From Centroscyllium fabricii (lineage: Eukaryota), in the NCBI GenBank assembly GCA_051313645.2, contig JBNRSN020000039.1:5890001-5954000 (forward strand): 64,000 bases of DNA. The letters run 5' to 3'. This document shows positions 50,980 to 64,000 of the stretch, in pieces (positions within the stretch are counted from its first letter, which is position 1; every line of letters begins with the position of its first letter). The translations under genes were made by a program, and so were the position numbers. The notes beneath the pieces are model-generated. The model was not told the DNA's origin, searched no databases, and was given only the letters and a program-made list of their open reading frames with translations.

Positions 50980-51991
50980 AACTGGACCCTGGACATCCTA
51001 ACCAACAGACAACCGTCTGTGAAGTTAGGAAACCTCACATCCCCGCCCATTTACCCAAACACGGGGGCCCCACAAGGCTGTGTGCTGATCCCCCTCCTCT
51101 AGTCCCTCTTCACCCACGACTGTGCGGCTATCCATGGCTCCAACATGATCATCAAGATTGTGGAATACACCACGGTGGTTGGCCAGATCAGCAACAACGA
51201 TGAGTCAGCCTACAGTAATGCGATTCAGCGCCTTGTGTGATGGTGTGCTGACAACAACCTGGCACTGAACACCAAGAAAACCAAGTAGATCCTAGTGGTC
51301 TTCCGAAAGACTAAAAGCAGAAGACCCCCCCCCCCCCATCTTCTTCCAAGGGCTGAGGTGGAAAGTTTGTCCAGCTTCAGGTTCCTCGGGGTCCACATCT
51401 CGGAAGATCTCTCCTTGTTATTAAACATTTCCTCTCTGATATAGGAGGCCCAACAGCGCCTGTGTTTCATAAGCAAGCTGAAAAAAGCAAAACTGACATC
51501 CGACATCCTCACCAACTTCTACCGCTACTCAATCGAAAGCATACTAACAAGTGCATCACAGTCTGCGATGGAAACTGCACCATCTCGCACCGGAAGGCCC
51601 TGCAGCGGGTAATCAAAACTACCCAACGAATCCCCGGCACTTAGCCTCCGTCAATTGAATGCAGTTACCTTAAACGCTGCCTACAGAGGTCTGTGATCAT
51701 TAATAAAGTGCCCACACACCCAAGCCATAGTCTGTTCGCCCCCTGCCCTCCGGGAGACGCTACAGATCAATTAGCACCCCCACGACTCGATTCATGAGCA
51801 GGTTTTTTCCCAGTGCTGTCTGCCTCCTGAACTGTAGCAAAAAACTCAAATATCTGCGCAGCTGAAATATACTTTACTGCATGCAGTTGTATGTAACTTA
51901 CTTGCAGTACTCTCGGCAGCGCCGAGTCTTCGTTTCGTTATATTGTACTATTACCCTGCAATAAAAATAAAATTTGAATTGAATTGAATTG
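50980..51991 (+). mobile_element. Rex1-type LINE fragment (intronic)
   Basis: Encodes TGAPQGCVL..; homologous to 3236-4140; (ttgaa)n tail. Confidence 0.85.
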
Positions 51992-52033
51992 AGGTGAATT
52001 TCATGATTCCGCATTGCTTCTGCCCAACTATTT

Positions 52034-52781
52034 TGGCCCAAAAATTCGGGTGCAAAAGCCTGAGAACGGACGGTGTACCCACGCGAATGCCCAAGTATAG
52101 TGCCGGTTTCCTGCAAGCACTGATCCTGCGTGGGTAACCGTCACCTCCGTCATCCTGAAGGAAGGGGTTAGAAGGTGGAGCGCATGCGCGGGAGCGCAGC
52201 CATGCGCATTGCACTTACTTTTTTTTACCGGTTTTCGAAGCGGCGAATTCTGAAACATTTACACATGTAAAAAGCAGGTGGAATGCCTGCTTTTAACAAG
52301 GTAAGTGGAGATATAATTAACATTTTAGCATTTTTTTAACAGAGTTATTATTTTTGAATACATTAACGAAAGGTGAGTTTATTTTTTCCCCTTTAGAAAA
52401 TGTATATATTTTTAATTAAAATTATTGTTTAACAGAGTTATTTGAAGTACTGTATAAGTAATTTAAAAGTGTGATTTATAAAAAGAAATTGATGAATTTC
52501 TGATGATTTCAGGCTTATAATAATCAACGTTTTGACAGCTCTTTAGCCAAACATATGGATGGGTAATTCTCGGCTCCCATTGACTCTCCTTGGCCCACGT
52601 GATCCCAGGGGACGCAGCGAAATCACTGCGCCCCGGGGATATGCAAGCTCTGCGCGCAGGCCGTTGGATGAGGCCCAGGATCGGAATCGCGGGTGGGCCC
52701 ACAGGTCAATGTCCGGCACGCAAAGTATGTGATGGTGTGAGGTTGCACCCGAGGGGAGCCTCCAAACCGAATTACTGACCC
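52034..52781. mobile_element. Possible old Harbinger-like MITE
   Basis: Degenerate termini tggcccaaaaattcgg / ccgaattactgaccca resemble those of the 27-kb MITE. Confidence 0.4.
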
Positions 52782-53179
52782 ATTATGATTTTCTAACTGC
52801 ATAATAATGGGTTTCATCTTTTTCTTTGTTTCCAACTATCACTTTTGAGGAAATATCAATATGATACAACTAGACTATTGCATTATTAGCGGTAATCTTC
52901 AGGTGACTTTCCACCCAGTGGTCTCCTGCTGATACGCCGTTTATGAAAAGCGAAAGAGTGTGCAACATGACGTTGTGCAATGGAACAAAAGCGGCGTTGT
53001 CGGAAACGCCGCCCATCTAATAAAACACCGGATATTCAGTTCCAGTGCAGTCAATGGATCAGATTTTTTGGCGCTGCAAAAACAGGCGGCCGAACCGATA
53101 CCGATAATTCTGCTGAACTGTACGAGACCATTTTCTACACTGAATGTATCGCAACTGTGTGCGAAAGCACACTTCATTT

Positions 53180-53650
53180 TGTACAGAGAATAATCCAACA
53201 ATGTGAGACAGTGACCTCCATGCCGTACAGAATATAACCCTACACTGTGAGAGAGCGTTCACCTGTGCTGTACAGACCATAATTAACATTGTTATAGAGC
53301 GCATTCCTTTCTTTACAGAACATAACCACCCAGAGAGAGTGATCTACACATTGTACAGACCATAACCCAACAATGTGAGAGATTAATCGCCATTCTGCAC
53401 AGAACATAACCAGCAATGTGAGAGAGTGATCTCGATTCTGCACAGAACATAGCCAGCAATGTGAGAGAGTGATCTCCACGCTGTTCAGAGCCTAATCCCA
53501 CACGGTTAGCGAGTGCTCTCGCTAATTTACAGATCATAACAGTACAATTTGAGAGACTGATCGCCACACTGTACAGAACCTAAACTACAAGGTGCGAGAG
53601 TGATCGCCAAGCTGTACAGACCATAGCCCAACATTGCAGAGCTGATTCAC
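53180..53650. repeat. About 45-bp minisatellite (intronic)
   Basis: Repeats of tgtacagaacataacc..caatgtgagagagtgatc. Confidence 0.8.
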
Positions 53651-53980
53651 AGGTATTTGTATGGTATCACTGGTTCATGATAAACGTTACCCTTTGTTTT
53701 CAGTCACCTGCAATCCCCTAAAATATCCCAATAATACTTTACGCAACCAAAATTGCCTGTATCAATTTTCAACGACATTTCCATTCATGCCTAACCTTCA
53801 GTTCCAAAATTTGCCTCAGGTTTCCCTGCCCGCCAATAAACAGTGTTTTAATGTAACAAACATATTTAATTCGGAACTTGAAAAAATGATATTTCAACAA
53901 CTTCTTCAATGAGATCAGATAGTTCTTTTCCGAAGTAAAATATTTTGAGTGGTCAATTTGATGTTTCCTATTCCTTGTAG

Positions 53981-54873
53981 TGAACTTGGTGTCGATTGTG
54001 ATCCTGTCCCGAGGAAAGTGCGGTCTCTCCAAATGCATCACTCGGTACCTGGTCGCCATGGCAGCGGCGGATCTAATGGTGGTTATCATCGATGTGATAT
54101 TACATCGGATTAATAGCATGTATTTGCCAATTAGCTTCCTCTCTCTGACTCCGGTGTGCACTGTGAAGTTTGTCGCCTACATTGTCACTGTAGACTGTTC
54201 TGTTTGGTTTACTGTTGCCTTCACCTTTGATCGCTTCGTAGCAATTTGCTGTCCCAAGTTGCAATCAAAATATTGCACCGAGAAAACAGCGACCGTGGTT
54301 ATCATCACCGTGTTTATGTTGAGCTGTTTGCGGAGTGTTCCCTTTTACTATTTACCGGAAGCTCTCTTTATCATTGACAATGTGCCCTGGTTTTGTGTTG
54401 CAACAACTGATTATTTCACTTCCCCCTTGTGCAGGGTATACGAGTGGATCGACAGCATCATAACCCCTTTATTACCAATCCTTCTAATTATGATGTTCAA
54501 TGCGCTGACTGTCAGACATATTATTGCTGCAAATCGAGTCCGCAGGGGACTCCGGAACAACAGTGAGAATCAGAATGATGCAGAGATGAAGATTCGGAGA
54601 AAACCCATAATTCTGCTTTTCTCTATTTCGGCCAATTTCATCCTGTTGTGGATGATGTATGTTGTGCATTCAGTGAACTGGCCAGTGATAAATTTTTATT
54701 ATGAAGACAAATATCTCAGTAATCCGATATATATCACACAGCAAGTTGGGTTTATGCAGCAAATGCTTTGCTCCTGCACAAACACGTGTATCTATGGACT
54801 GACACAGAGGAAATTCAGAGAGGAGCTGAAGAATGTGGTGAAATATTTGTTTAACCTAAAAGGGAAATTATAA
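53981..54873 (+). CDS. gpr139-like: GPR139-like class A GPCR, coding exon 2
   Basis: ttgtag acceptor; encodes NLVSIVILSRGKCGLSKCITRYLVAMAAADL, SVWFTVAFTFDRFVAIC and CTNTCIYGLTQRKFREE. Spliced CDS is 963 nt (320 aa) and open. Confidence 0.92.
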
Positions 54874-54879
54874 GCAATT

Positions 54880-55340
54880 AAGAACTTGCATTTCTATCGT
54901 GCCTCTCACCAGCTCGGGATGTCTCAAAACACTTTGCAGCCAATGAAGTAGTTTTTGACATGAAGTCACTATTGTCATTTAGGACACATGCCAGCCAACC
55001 TGCGCACAGCAACCTCTCACACAAAGCAATATGTTAACCAACAGATAAACTTATTTAATTTGAAAATGGATTTAACAGTAAATACTGGCCGGTATACCGG
55101 GGGGACATCCGCTGCTCCTCTTCGAAATCGGGGAAATGGAATTGTAGACGTCCATCCGAGAGGAAAGACCTGGTATCGGCTTACCGTCTCAATCGAAAGC
55201 AGCTGACACTTCCGATAGACTGCAAGGGGACTACCCTGGAATGTTGACATATATACATATTTGCGCCCAAGCCGCTTGGAATGTGATTGTGAACCCAGAA
55301 CCTTCTGAGATGAGACGCGTGAGTGTTGCCCACTGAGCCC
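54880..55340 (-). mobile_element. DeuSINE (SacSINE1/AmnSINE1-like)
   Basis: Reverse complement matches the recalled tail agtgacttc..ttcattggctgcaaagtg..atagaaatgcaagttc. Confidence 0.65.
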
Positions 55341-56862
55341 CATTAATAGATCAAACAACAGTGATTCACATCGACCTGGAGCCGCGTTTACATTTTGACA
55401 GTTCACTGTAAAGGGCGATTAGGAGAGTCATTACTTTCATCGAGATATTGGATTATTTTGTCAAATGGCCACAATATTAAATAGCAATTTAACTAACAAC
55501 TCATCTTCTGTACCTGGCTCCTATATTGGTAGATGTTTAACACTTATCCCTCTTCTCAGTATCTGCCCGCTAAAAAACCTGTATTGTCTTCCCCTCTTCA
55601 AAAATCAAACATGAATCGCTCCCTCCGGACAAAGTGCAACCCCATCTGCAACATCCCGTTTTATCTTCAGAGAGCTTCATTATGTTGGCGTCTCCCAAGG
55701 GTGCACATCCTTGTGACATTTCGTTATTTGAATGCCTTCAATCAGTTTTCGCTCCCTGCCAAGGTAGTGAAATGCCCCGGAATAATGGAATTATTCAAAC
55801 ACACTATCAGTGTTACCGTGGTGCACAATCCCATAATCTCACCTACGCCTCCACCTCTGCAGCTTTCGAAACGGTTGAATACACCATTCTCCTTCAAGTC
55901 CTCTGATCTGCTGTCCAGCTCAGTGCCAAAGTCCATGCTTGGTTCTACTCCTACCTGTCCTATAGTGGCCTCATAATTTTCCTTGGAGTCTAAAAGGATC
56001 CTTCTTGCTCTCTACCTCTTCTTTCTCATCTGCATACTGCCCTTTGAAGACATTCTCAGAACACATGGTGTCAGCTTCCACATATAAACTGACGACGCTA
56101 ATCTCCACCTCCCCACTACCCACTCTCAACACTTACACCGAGGGTTAGTTGGCAGACTGATTGACCGAAAATCTGTATGAGGCACAAATTCCTCCAGTTA
56201 AATACTGCGACGAACGAAGGCACCAAACTCAGCCAACAGGACAAACATGTGTCGATGGGGATGTTACAATTTCTCAAGGAGGCTTTGATGGCATTCCTGG
56301 AAGAGATTTATCTGCCCACCTGGGTCTCGCTTGCAGTGCCGGAGCCCCGAGTAGAGTGCTTATTTTTAGATTCCCATATCCGGCATGTGGACAATGTGGA
56401 CATCGGAGCTGATTGAGCATGGTCAAAGCTTCGAGCGCTCCACAACTGCTCTCAGAGAGTGTTGGAAAATGTTCGTCAGAGCCTCCGCTATTTCCGCCCT
56501 TGCTTTTGTGTGGTACCATTTGTCCTACCTGAAAGGCGCTATAGAAATGCCAGTTGCTGTTGTCGTATTTGTCGCTGTAACAACTCAATTCAAATACGAA
56601 GTCACAGGTTCATTATCCAACTCTAGGCATCTCAGATTAGCATCAGCGGTGAGCGAGGTCTTGAGGGCATAATAAAGGATAACTTGCACAGAAGGCAATA
56701 CATGTCTTGATTACAGTAATCCGTGTATAATGTATATCCCAAGTGGAGTTGCTCAAATAAGACAACGTTCTTTAAAAAAATGAACGTGTCTCTTGCAAAG
56801 AAAAATAAAGTTCATTTTTTCCTCTTAATTTGCATATGTCTTTTGCCACGGAATTAAAGCAG

Positions 56863-57081
56863 TGTAGCGCTTGCAGGACCCAATAAACAAACAGGAGCCG
56901 GAGAGACAGATAACCCTTTTTTAGTTACCTTACTTAGCAAGAAAGAGACTGAACCACGAGGTGCAGGCCCATTTAAACTACCCGCTTAGTGACCTCATCA
57001 CGCCGAGAGATGTGGTGACGTCATCGCGTCACCCGGTGGGCGGGGCATTGCCCCGCAGAACTCCCGAGGCGGATTCGTCAG
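56863..57081 (-). mobile_element. 5'-truncated LTR of the same Gypsy family
   Basis: Reverse complement of 14376-14612 and 38444-38682, ending GCGCTACA. Confidence 0.85.
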
Positions 57082-57974
57082 AGGCTCGTTTATTCTGGTG
57101 GTTTGATAATTAAGTTGGTTCATGACTGATAACACAGAATACTATTTTATAGATAGTTATCAGGTTGGAGGGACAGAGAACACAGCGACACACGAGGCAT
57201 ACAGCGAAGACAACGTGGGTCACAGTGAATCTTATGACAACAGTATTTATTCTAAAACGAATTTGAGTTTTGTTTCTGTCAAATTATCAACAGTTACTTT
57301 TGAAATAAATGGCACATCACCAACAGTTGGCGCTCAAACAGTCCTGTCACATGGAGTATCGGCCTATTTTGAGTCTCCAGCCTTTGGAGTGGGGCTTGAT
57401 CCCTCGACCTTCTGACTCAGAGATGAGACTGACCCCAACTGAGTCACGCCTGACAGCTGAGCAGGGTCTCCTTCTCCCCCCAGACAGGAGTGTGGACATG
57501 GTGAGCCTGAGCAGTAACTCGTTTGATGATCATAGGATCAGAGCTTCCTAGATCACAGAAGGAGGCCAATCGTCCCAACTTGCCTTTGCTGGCTTTTTGA
57601 AAAACACGTTGGTGTCTGTGAGCCGGAGTGTAAGATGTAAGCGTGTAAGAGACCTCAGGAGGATATAGACAGCATGGCCCAGAAATTCACCAGGTGCGGT
57701 GAATGAAATTGGCGCGGTTGGATCGACTGCACGTTGTGCGCAGTTCTGATATTCTATTACTTTAGGTGCACACTTTTTGCGGCACCACCCGGCACACAGT
57801 CCTCGTCCTTCTGGAGAACGGAGTCATTTTACTTCATCAGGCAGAGAGAAAAGAGAAAACATGGATTGCAGCAACAAGTTAAAGGAATGGAGCAGCAGAG
57901 AGACTGGACGATTTATATACATAAATATATATACATTACAATTTTTCAAGGAGGATTTGAGGGCATTCCACGCC

Positions 57975-58745
57975 GGGCGGCACGGTGGCATATTGGTTAG
58001 CATTATAGCCATACAGCACTAGAGACCCGGTTTCAAATCCAGCCACGGGTACTATCTGTGTGGAGTTTGCACATTCTCTCCGTGTCTGCGAGGGTTTCCT
58101 CCGGGTGCTCCGGGTTCCTCCCCCAGTCCAAAGATGTGCGGGTTAGGTTGCTTGGCCAAGATAATATTGACCATTTGTGTTCGGTGTATTGAATATAGAA
58201 ACATAGATACTAAGAGCAGGAGTAGGCCATTCGGCCCTTCGAGCCTGGTCCGCCATTCAATGAGATCAGGGCTGATGATCGATACCCAGCATCCCGCCCC
58301 TATCCTCTCCCCATATCCCTCTCGAGCCTGCATCAACACATATCCCACGCTATCCCCGCAACCCCACACATTCAATCCCCGTAACATTAAGTGTCAATAT
58401 ATCATGGCTAATCAACATAAACCGCACATATTTGTACTGTGGGAGGAAACCGGAGCACCCGGAGGAAACCCACGCAGACACGGTGAAAATGTGCAAACTC
58501 CACACAGATAGTGCCCGAGGCTGGATTTGAACCCGGGTCTCCAGTGCTGTTGGACAACAGTGCTAACCACTGTACCACCGTGCCGCCCCAATGTGGGGTT
58601 ACTGGGGTGTGGTGGGATATGTGTCGGTGCGGGGTCGATGGGGATCGAGTGATGTGGGGACAGGGTGGGGGCGGGGTGCTGGGTTTGGATGATCAGCCAT
58701 CATCTCGTTGAATGGCGGAGCAGGCTCGAAGGGACGAATGGGCGA
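57975..58745 (+). mobile_element. HE1-type SINE interrupted by an antiparallel HE1 SINE
   Basis: Head 57975-58175 and tail 58590-58745. Confidence 0.82.
58190..58588 (-). mobile_element. HE1-type SINE (nested)
   Basis: Complete head, V-domain and tail on the minus strand. Confidence 0.85.
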
Positions 58746-58749
58746 CACC

Positions 58750-61020
58750 AGCACGTTGCACCTACAAATAAAAAAGGGAAGATGTCTCAGGCATGGCTTA
58801 CATGGGAAATCACGGATATTATTAAAGCCAAGGAAGTGGCAGACAAATTGGCCGGATGTAGCAGCGAACCCGGGGACTAGAATTTTTTTTAAAACTCAGC
58901 AGAGGAGGACTAATGGTTTGATTAAGACAGGGAAAATAGAATATGAAAGGAAGCTTGCAGAGAACATTAAAACGGACTGCAAAAGCTTCTATAGATATGT
59001 AAAGAGAAAGAGGTTAGCAAAAAACAAACGTAGGCCCCCTGCAGCCGGAAGCAGGGGAAGTCATAATGGGGAACAAACAAATGGCAGATCAATTGAACAA
59101 GTACTTTGGTTCGGTATTTACTAATGAGGACACAAACAACCTTCCGGACATAAAAGGCGTCAGAGGGTCTAGTAAAAAGTAGGAGCTGAGGGAGATCCTA
59201 TTTAATCGGGAAAATGTGTTGGGGAAATTGTTGGGACTGAAGGCTCATAAATCACCAGGGCCTGATGGTCTGCATCCCAGAGTACTTAAGGAGGTGGCCT
59301 TGGAAATAGTGGATGCATTGACTATCATTTTCCAACATTCCATGGACTCTGGATCAGTTGTGCTGGAGTGGAGGGTGGCTAACGTAACCCCACTTTTAAA
59401 AAAAGGAGGGAGGGAGAAAAAAAGGATTTACAGACCGGTCAGCCTGACATCGGTAGTGGGTAAATTGATGGAATCAATTATTAAGGATGTCATAGCAGAC
59501 CTTTTGGAAAGTGGTGACATGATAGGTCCAATTCAGCATGGATTTGTGAAAGGTAAATCATGCTTGAGAAATCGTTTGGAATGTTTTGAGGATGTTTCCA
59601 ATAGAGTAGACAAGGGAGAACCAGTTGCTGTGGTGTATTTGGACTTTCAGAAGGCTTTTTACAAGGTCCCTCACAAATTTAAAGCAGATGGGATTAGGTG
59701 CAATGTGTTGACTTGTATTGAGAACTGTTTCGCACGCACGAAACAAAGTGTAGATGTAAATGGGTACTTTTCAGAATGGCAGGCATTGACCAGTTAGGTA
59801 CTGCAATGTTCGTTGCTGCAGCCCCAGCTGTTTTCATTATATATTAATGATTTGGACGAAGGGATTAAATGTTCTATTTCCAAATTTGCGGATAACACTA
59901 AAATGGGAGGAAGTGTGAGCTGCGAAGAGGATGCAAAGAGGCTACGGAGTGACTTGGGTAGGTTTGGTGTATGGGCAAATATATGGCAGATGATGTACAA
60001 TGTGGATAAATGTGAGGTTATCCAGTTTGGTGGTAAAATAGAGAGACAGACTATTATTTGAATGGTGACAGATTAGGGAAAGGGGAAGTGCAACGAGACC
60101 TGGGCGTCATGGTACATCAGTCACTGAAGGTGGAAATGCAGGTACAACAGGCAGTCAAGAAAGCAAATGGCATGTTGGCCTTCATAGAGAGAGGAATTGA
60201 GTACAGGAGCAGGGAGGTGTTGCTACAGTTGTCTACGGCCTTGGTGAGGCCACACTGGGAGTATTTTCAGCAGTTTTGGTCACCTACCTTGAGGAAGGAC
60301 ATTCTTGCTATTGACGGAGTGCACCGAAGGTTTACTACATTGATTCCGGGACGGCCGGACTGACATATCAAGAAAGCCTGGATCAACTGAACTTGAACTC
60401 TCTGGAGTTCAGAAGAATGATGGGGGATCTCATTGGAAGGTTTAAAATCCTGACGGGGTTGTACAGGTTAGATACATATAGATACATAGAAAATAGGTTT
60501 AACAGAATACCATTCTGCCCTTCGAGTCTGCACCGCCATTCAACACGTTCACGGCTGAGCATGCTACATCATTACCCCATTTCTGATTTCTCGCCAAAGC
60601 CCCTGATCCCCCTAGTTGTAATTAATACATCTAACTCCCTTTTGAATATGTTTAGTGAACTGGCCTAATGCTGGGGAAGTCCAGAACCAGGGGGCACAGA
60701 GTAACGGTAAGGGGTAAGCCATTTAGCACCGAGATGAGAGGAAACGTCTTTACCCATTGAGTAGTGCACCTGTGGAATTCTCTACCACAGAAAGTTGTTG
60801 AAGCCAGTTGATAAATATATTCAAAAGGAAGTTAGATGTAATACTTACAACTGGGGTGAGCAAGGGATATGGCGAGAAAGCAGAAATGAGGTACTGATGT
60901 AGCATGTTCAGCCATAACCGTGTTGAATGGCGTTGCAGGCTCGAAGAGCCGAATGGTCTACTCCTGCACCTATTTTCTATGCAGCTATGTATCGACCTAT
61001 ATCTCTATGTTTCTATGTGT
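58750..61020 (+). mobile_element. CR1 LINE, decayed ORF2
   Basis: Encodes KSPGPDGLHPRVLKE, YRPVSLTSVVGK, YLDFQKAF, FADNTK and LVRPHWEY; tail at about 61010. Confidence 0.92.
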
Positions 61021-61394
61021 GTGTGTATAAAGAGGAAAAACACAGATAAAGAGCGAAATAACGAAAGAAAGCGATATAAAGAATAAAATAAAGTATGGAA
61101 GAAAGAATGTAAGGAAGAGAGAATGAAAGATAAAAGAACGAATGGAAGAAAGGAAGAATGGAAGAGAGAAGAAAGGAAAGAAAGACAAACGTCCATTCGT
61201 GCAGCGCACTTCACATCTTCCGAAGTTGCCAGATCTCTTCATAGCCAATTGCTTTTGAATTGCAGTCAATCTTGTTTCCCACATCATGTTGCCAAAAACA
61301 TGATGTTATTTAACACAAACATGCAACACATTTCTTCTTGCGTCATTTCCAATTATAATCACAGCTGCAGTTAAATGTCTTTAGATATCTACTT

Positions 61395-61510
61395 GGCAAT
61401 CCCCACATTACAACAGTGACTACACTTCAAAAAGTTCCTCGTTTGCTGTAAAGCGCTTTCGGACGTCCTGAGTTTGTCAAAGCCGCTATAGAAATGCAAA
61501 TCTTTCCTCA
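61395..61510 (+). mobile_element. DeuSINE tail fragment
   Basis: cattacaacagtgactacacttcaaaa..gctgtaaagcgcttt..gctatagaaatgcaa. Confidence 0.7.
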
Positions 61511-62929
61511 TTCCCTACAATCTTTCGTTTTTTTCTACCATATCAATCGGTCGAAGCTAAAACAGAAAACCAAGGCATTTTGCAGAATCAATCGCCGCTG
61601 GCGTTCATGACCACAGGGTCAAGAGGTTCTGCTCATATTTACTCAGAATGTTCCGGTATCTAATCAACCTCCTGCGCGTCATCCATTCCAGAGGTTTAAT
61701 CTGGATCGTTGACGTGGTTTCGGCTTCAAGCATTAACCAGGAAGTGAAGTTCACTGCCCCTCAACTATCGGTGTAATGAAAGGAGACCCAGGCTATCCGC
61801 ACGGTCCCGTCAAATAATGAACCTGTCTGCTTCTATCATTTAATACTATAAAAGTTTCAGATCAATCGGCCCGTAACCTGTAGTTTTAATGAAAGGAGAC
61901 CCATGCTATCCGCATCTTCAGCTGTTCAAGAGAAATAACCTTTGCCGACGATACACTCTTTAAAGGGCAGAGGGCAGACACACTGAGCTTTGTATCTTGA
62001 ACGTGCTTCTCTCCAGGAGCTAGAGCAAGAACAATCAGTGAGTCACTTAGTCCTCGCTGTGACAGGCGCCTTTCCATCAGGCAAACCAATGTGGAAGTTG
62101 GGTAGAAAAGTATTCAGCTTTACATCAACCGACCTGATCAAATGCTCATCTTTTAATCATTAGGCCTATAATTGTGCCTCCGACGCTGGACCTAAATGGC
62201 CAGTATCTGATCGTCGTTAATACAAAGCCCAGGCTACCCAATCTTTCCTCATAGATAAAATTATCCAGTTTTGCTAACCTCCTTGTAAATCTCATAGCCC
62301 GGTCGTGTTTCCCTTCCATTACTTATAAAATAACCTTTCGAAAGCTGCTGTTAATCTGCTTCCAAAGCCCTTTCAAGAAGCTAATTGCAAATCTCAACAA
62401 CTCGCTCTGTAAAACAAAACGTCCTTATATTCTCACTGGTTCTTTTGTGAATTATCTTAAAGCTGTCTCCTCTGGTTGCCGATTATTCTGGAAAGAGTAT
62501 CACCATATTTAATTCTCAGAATCTTCAAGATTCAAAATACCTCTAATAAATCTCTACTTAACTCTCTCTGCTCTGAGAAGAATTATCGCAGCTTCTTCAT
62601 TCTCTCCCCAGAAGTGAAGTCCCCCATCCCTGATTATTTTCCAGGAAATCTCTTCTGAACCCTATCCAAAGTTTTGGCCTCTTCCCTAAAGTGTGGTGAA
62701 CAGAATGGAACATATTTCACATGCGTTTGCCTAAGCAGTAATGGATAAAGAATTAAAAATAGCCTCATCACTTTTCTACACTCTTGACAATGACGAGGAT
62801 ACTTTAAGCGTTTTTACAGCTTCATCAGCCCCTCCTGTTACATACAAAGATTTGTTGCTAAACCCCAGGTTTCACTTCTCCTTCAGACCCTCGTAAATTA
62901 CACCATTCCGTTTTAACTTACGCGGGAAT

Positions 62930-63350
62930 TCCCGCAGTTAGGGACTAGGCAGCTGGAGGCACAGCGGCCAATAATGAGACGAAGGAAATCAGGATGTGAA
63001 AAAGCTCAGATTCAATGTAGCACGCATTCCTCTGAAAGTAGAAGAGCGAGAGAAGATAACAGCAATATTAAGGGGCGAGCCCATGAAGGGCATTGCACAT
63101 AAGGATGATAATATTATAATCCAGACGTTGCAGGACCGTGAGCCAGTGTAGGTCAGCGAGTACGGGGGTGATGGATGGACGGAACTTGGAGCAAATTATG
63201 ATATGGGCAACAGATATTTGGGTGAACACTAGTTTCCAGATGGGAGGTCGTCCAGGAGAGCATAGTGGAATTTGGGGCTACCAAAATCATGAATGTGAGG
63301 TTCAGCAGCAGATCAGTTGAGGCAGGGCGTGAGACGGGACATTTTACAAA
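62930..63350 (-). mobile_element. Old L2-like LINE fragment
   Basis: gagccagtgtaggtcagcgag..ggggtgatgg resembles an L2 3' region; heavily decayed. Confidence 0.4.
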
Positions 63351-64000
63351 TGTGGGACTAAATATCAATCCTGTTGTGGGCGGGAGTAACTATGACTCTT
63401 GGGGTGGGCTCTTTCTCTCGCGGATGAGCTGCTGCGCTGAGCGAGTCACCCTTGAACCCTCGAGAGTCTAGGGTTACAACGTAGCTGTGAGATTCTTGAG
63501 GAGTCTATATAAAAGTGAGTGGGACATCCACGCGGTCCCGCTGGGCAGCACTACGGTGCTGGCTAACCGACTGGCCGAGATACTCCAAAAAAAGGCATGG
63601 TGCCCAAATTTCCTCAGCCTCTTGGACGAATTCTGCAGTGGGCGGAACTTTTGCGGGAATCGTCGTCCCGTCAGTCAGTTGCATCCAATGTTGGGGAGCG
63701 GGTGCCACAAGTAACTGTAGCTTCTTTTGAGTTCTAAGCCACGGCGGGTTGTACCGATGAAGTCCTGCCGGCGGAGACGTAGCCAAACCAACATTTGAAG
63801 CAACTCAAAAGGACCAGCAACTGGCGGCGTACGATCAGGCCCGTAGGAGGGATCACTGCACCCCATAGAAAAAAACGAGAAGTCCATGTCACATGGAACA
63901 GTCCACTTGGGAAGCGTCCTGTAGAAACAACCACCCCGCAGTGTCGTCGGAAGCAGCGAACTGTGTTAAATTCCGATGCTTCACATGTTTCACCAATCAA

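Overview
This is eukaryotic DNA, very likely from a shark or ray, based on HE1/V-SINEs, SacSINE1-like DeuSINEs and a GPR139-like gene; it is repeat-dense and has three N gaps. The left half (1-34 kb) is a degenerate tandem macro-repeat of about 8 copies, with a core of about 2.7 kb. Each copy holds a GA-rich purine tract, an array of diverged 60-bp monomers and about 1 kb of conserved sequence. On the minus strand, five copies carry a 46-nt signal-peptide-like coding segment that lies in frame with a Cys-containing 20-aa reading of the 60-mer. The units are interrupted by many insertions: a near-intact Vingi-type LINE, CR1 and Rex1 LINEs, HE1 SINEs, two solo LTRs, a Harbinger-type MITE and a Penelope-derived palindrome with minimal hammerhead motifs. 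The right half contains a 2.6-kb duplication carrying orphan NLR-type LRR exons, a decayed Gypsy element, a Rex1 LINE with a 5' inversion and 15-bp TSD, an apparently intact two-exon GPR139-like GPCR gene, and older LINE/SINE debris. All calls come from reading the sequence by eye; no searches were run.
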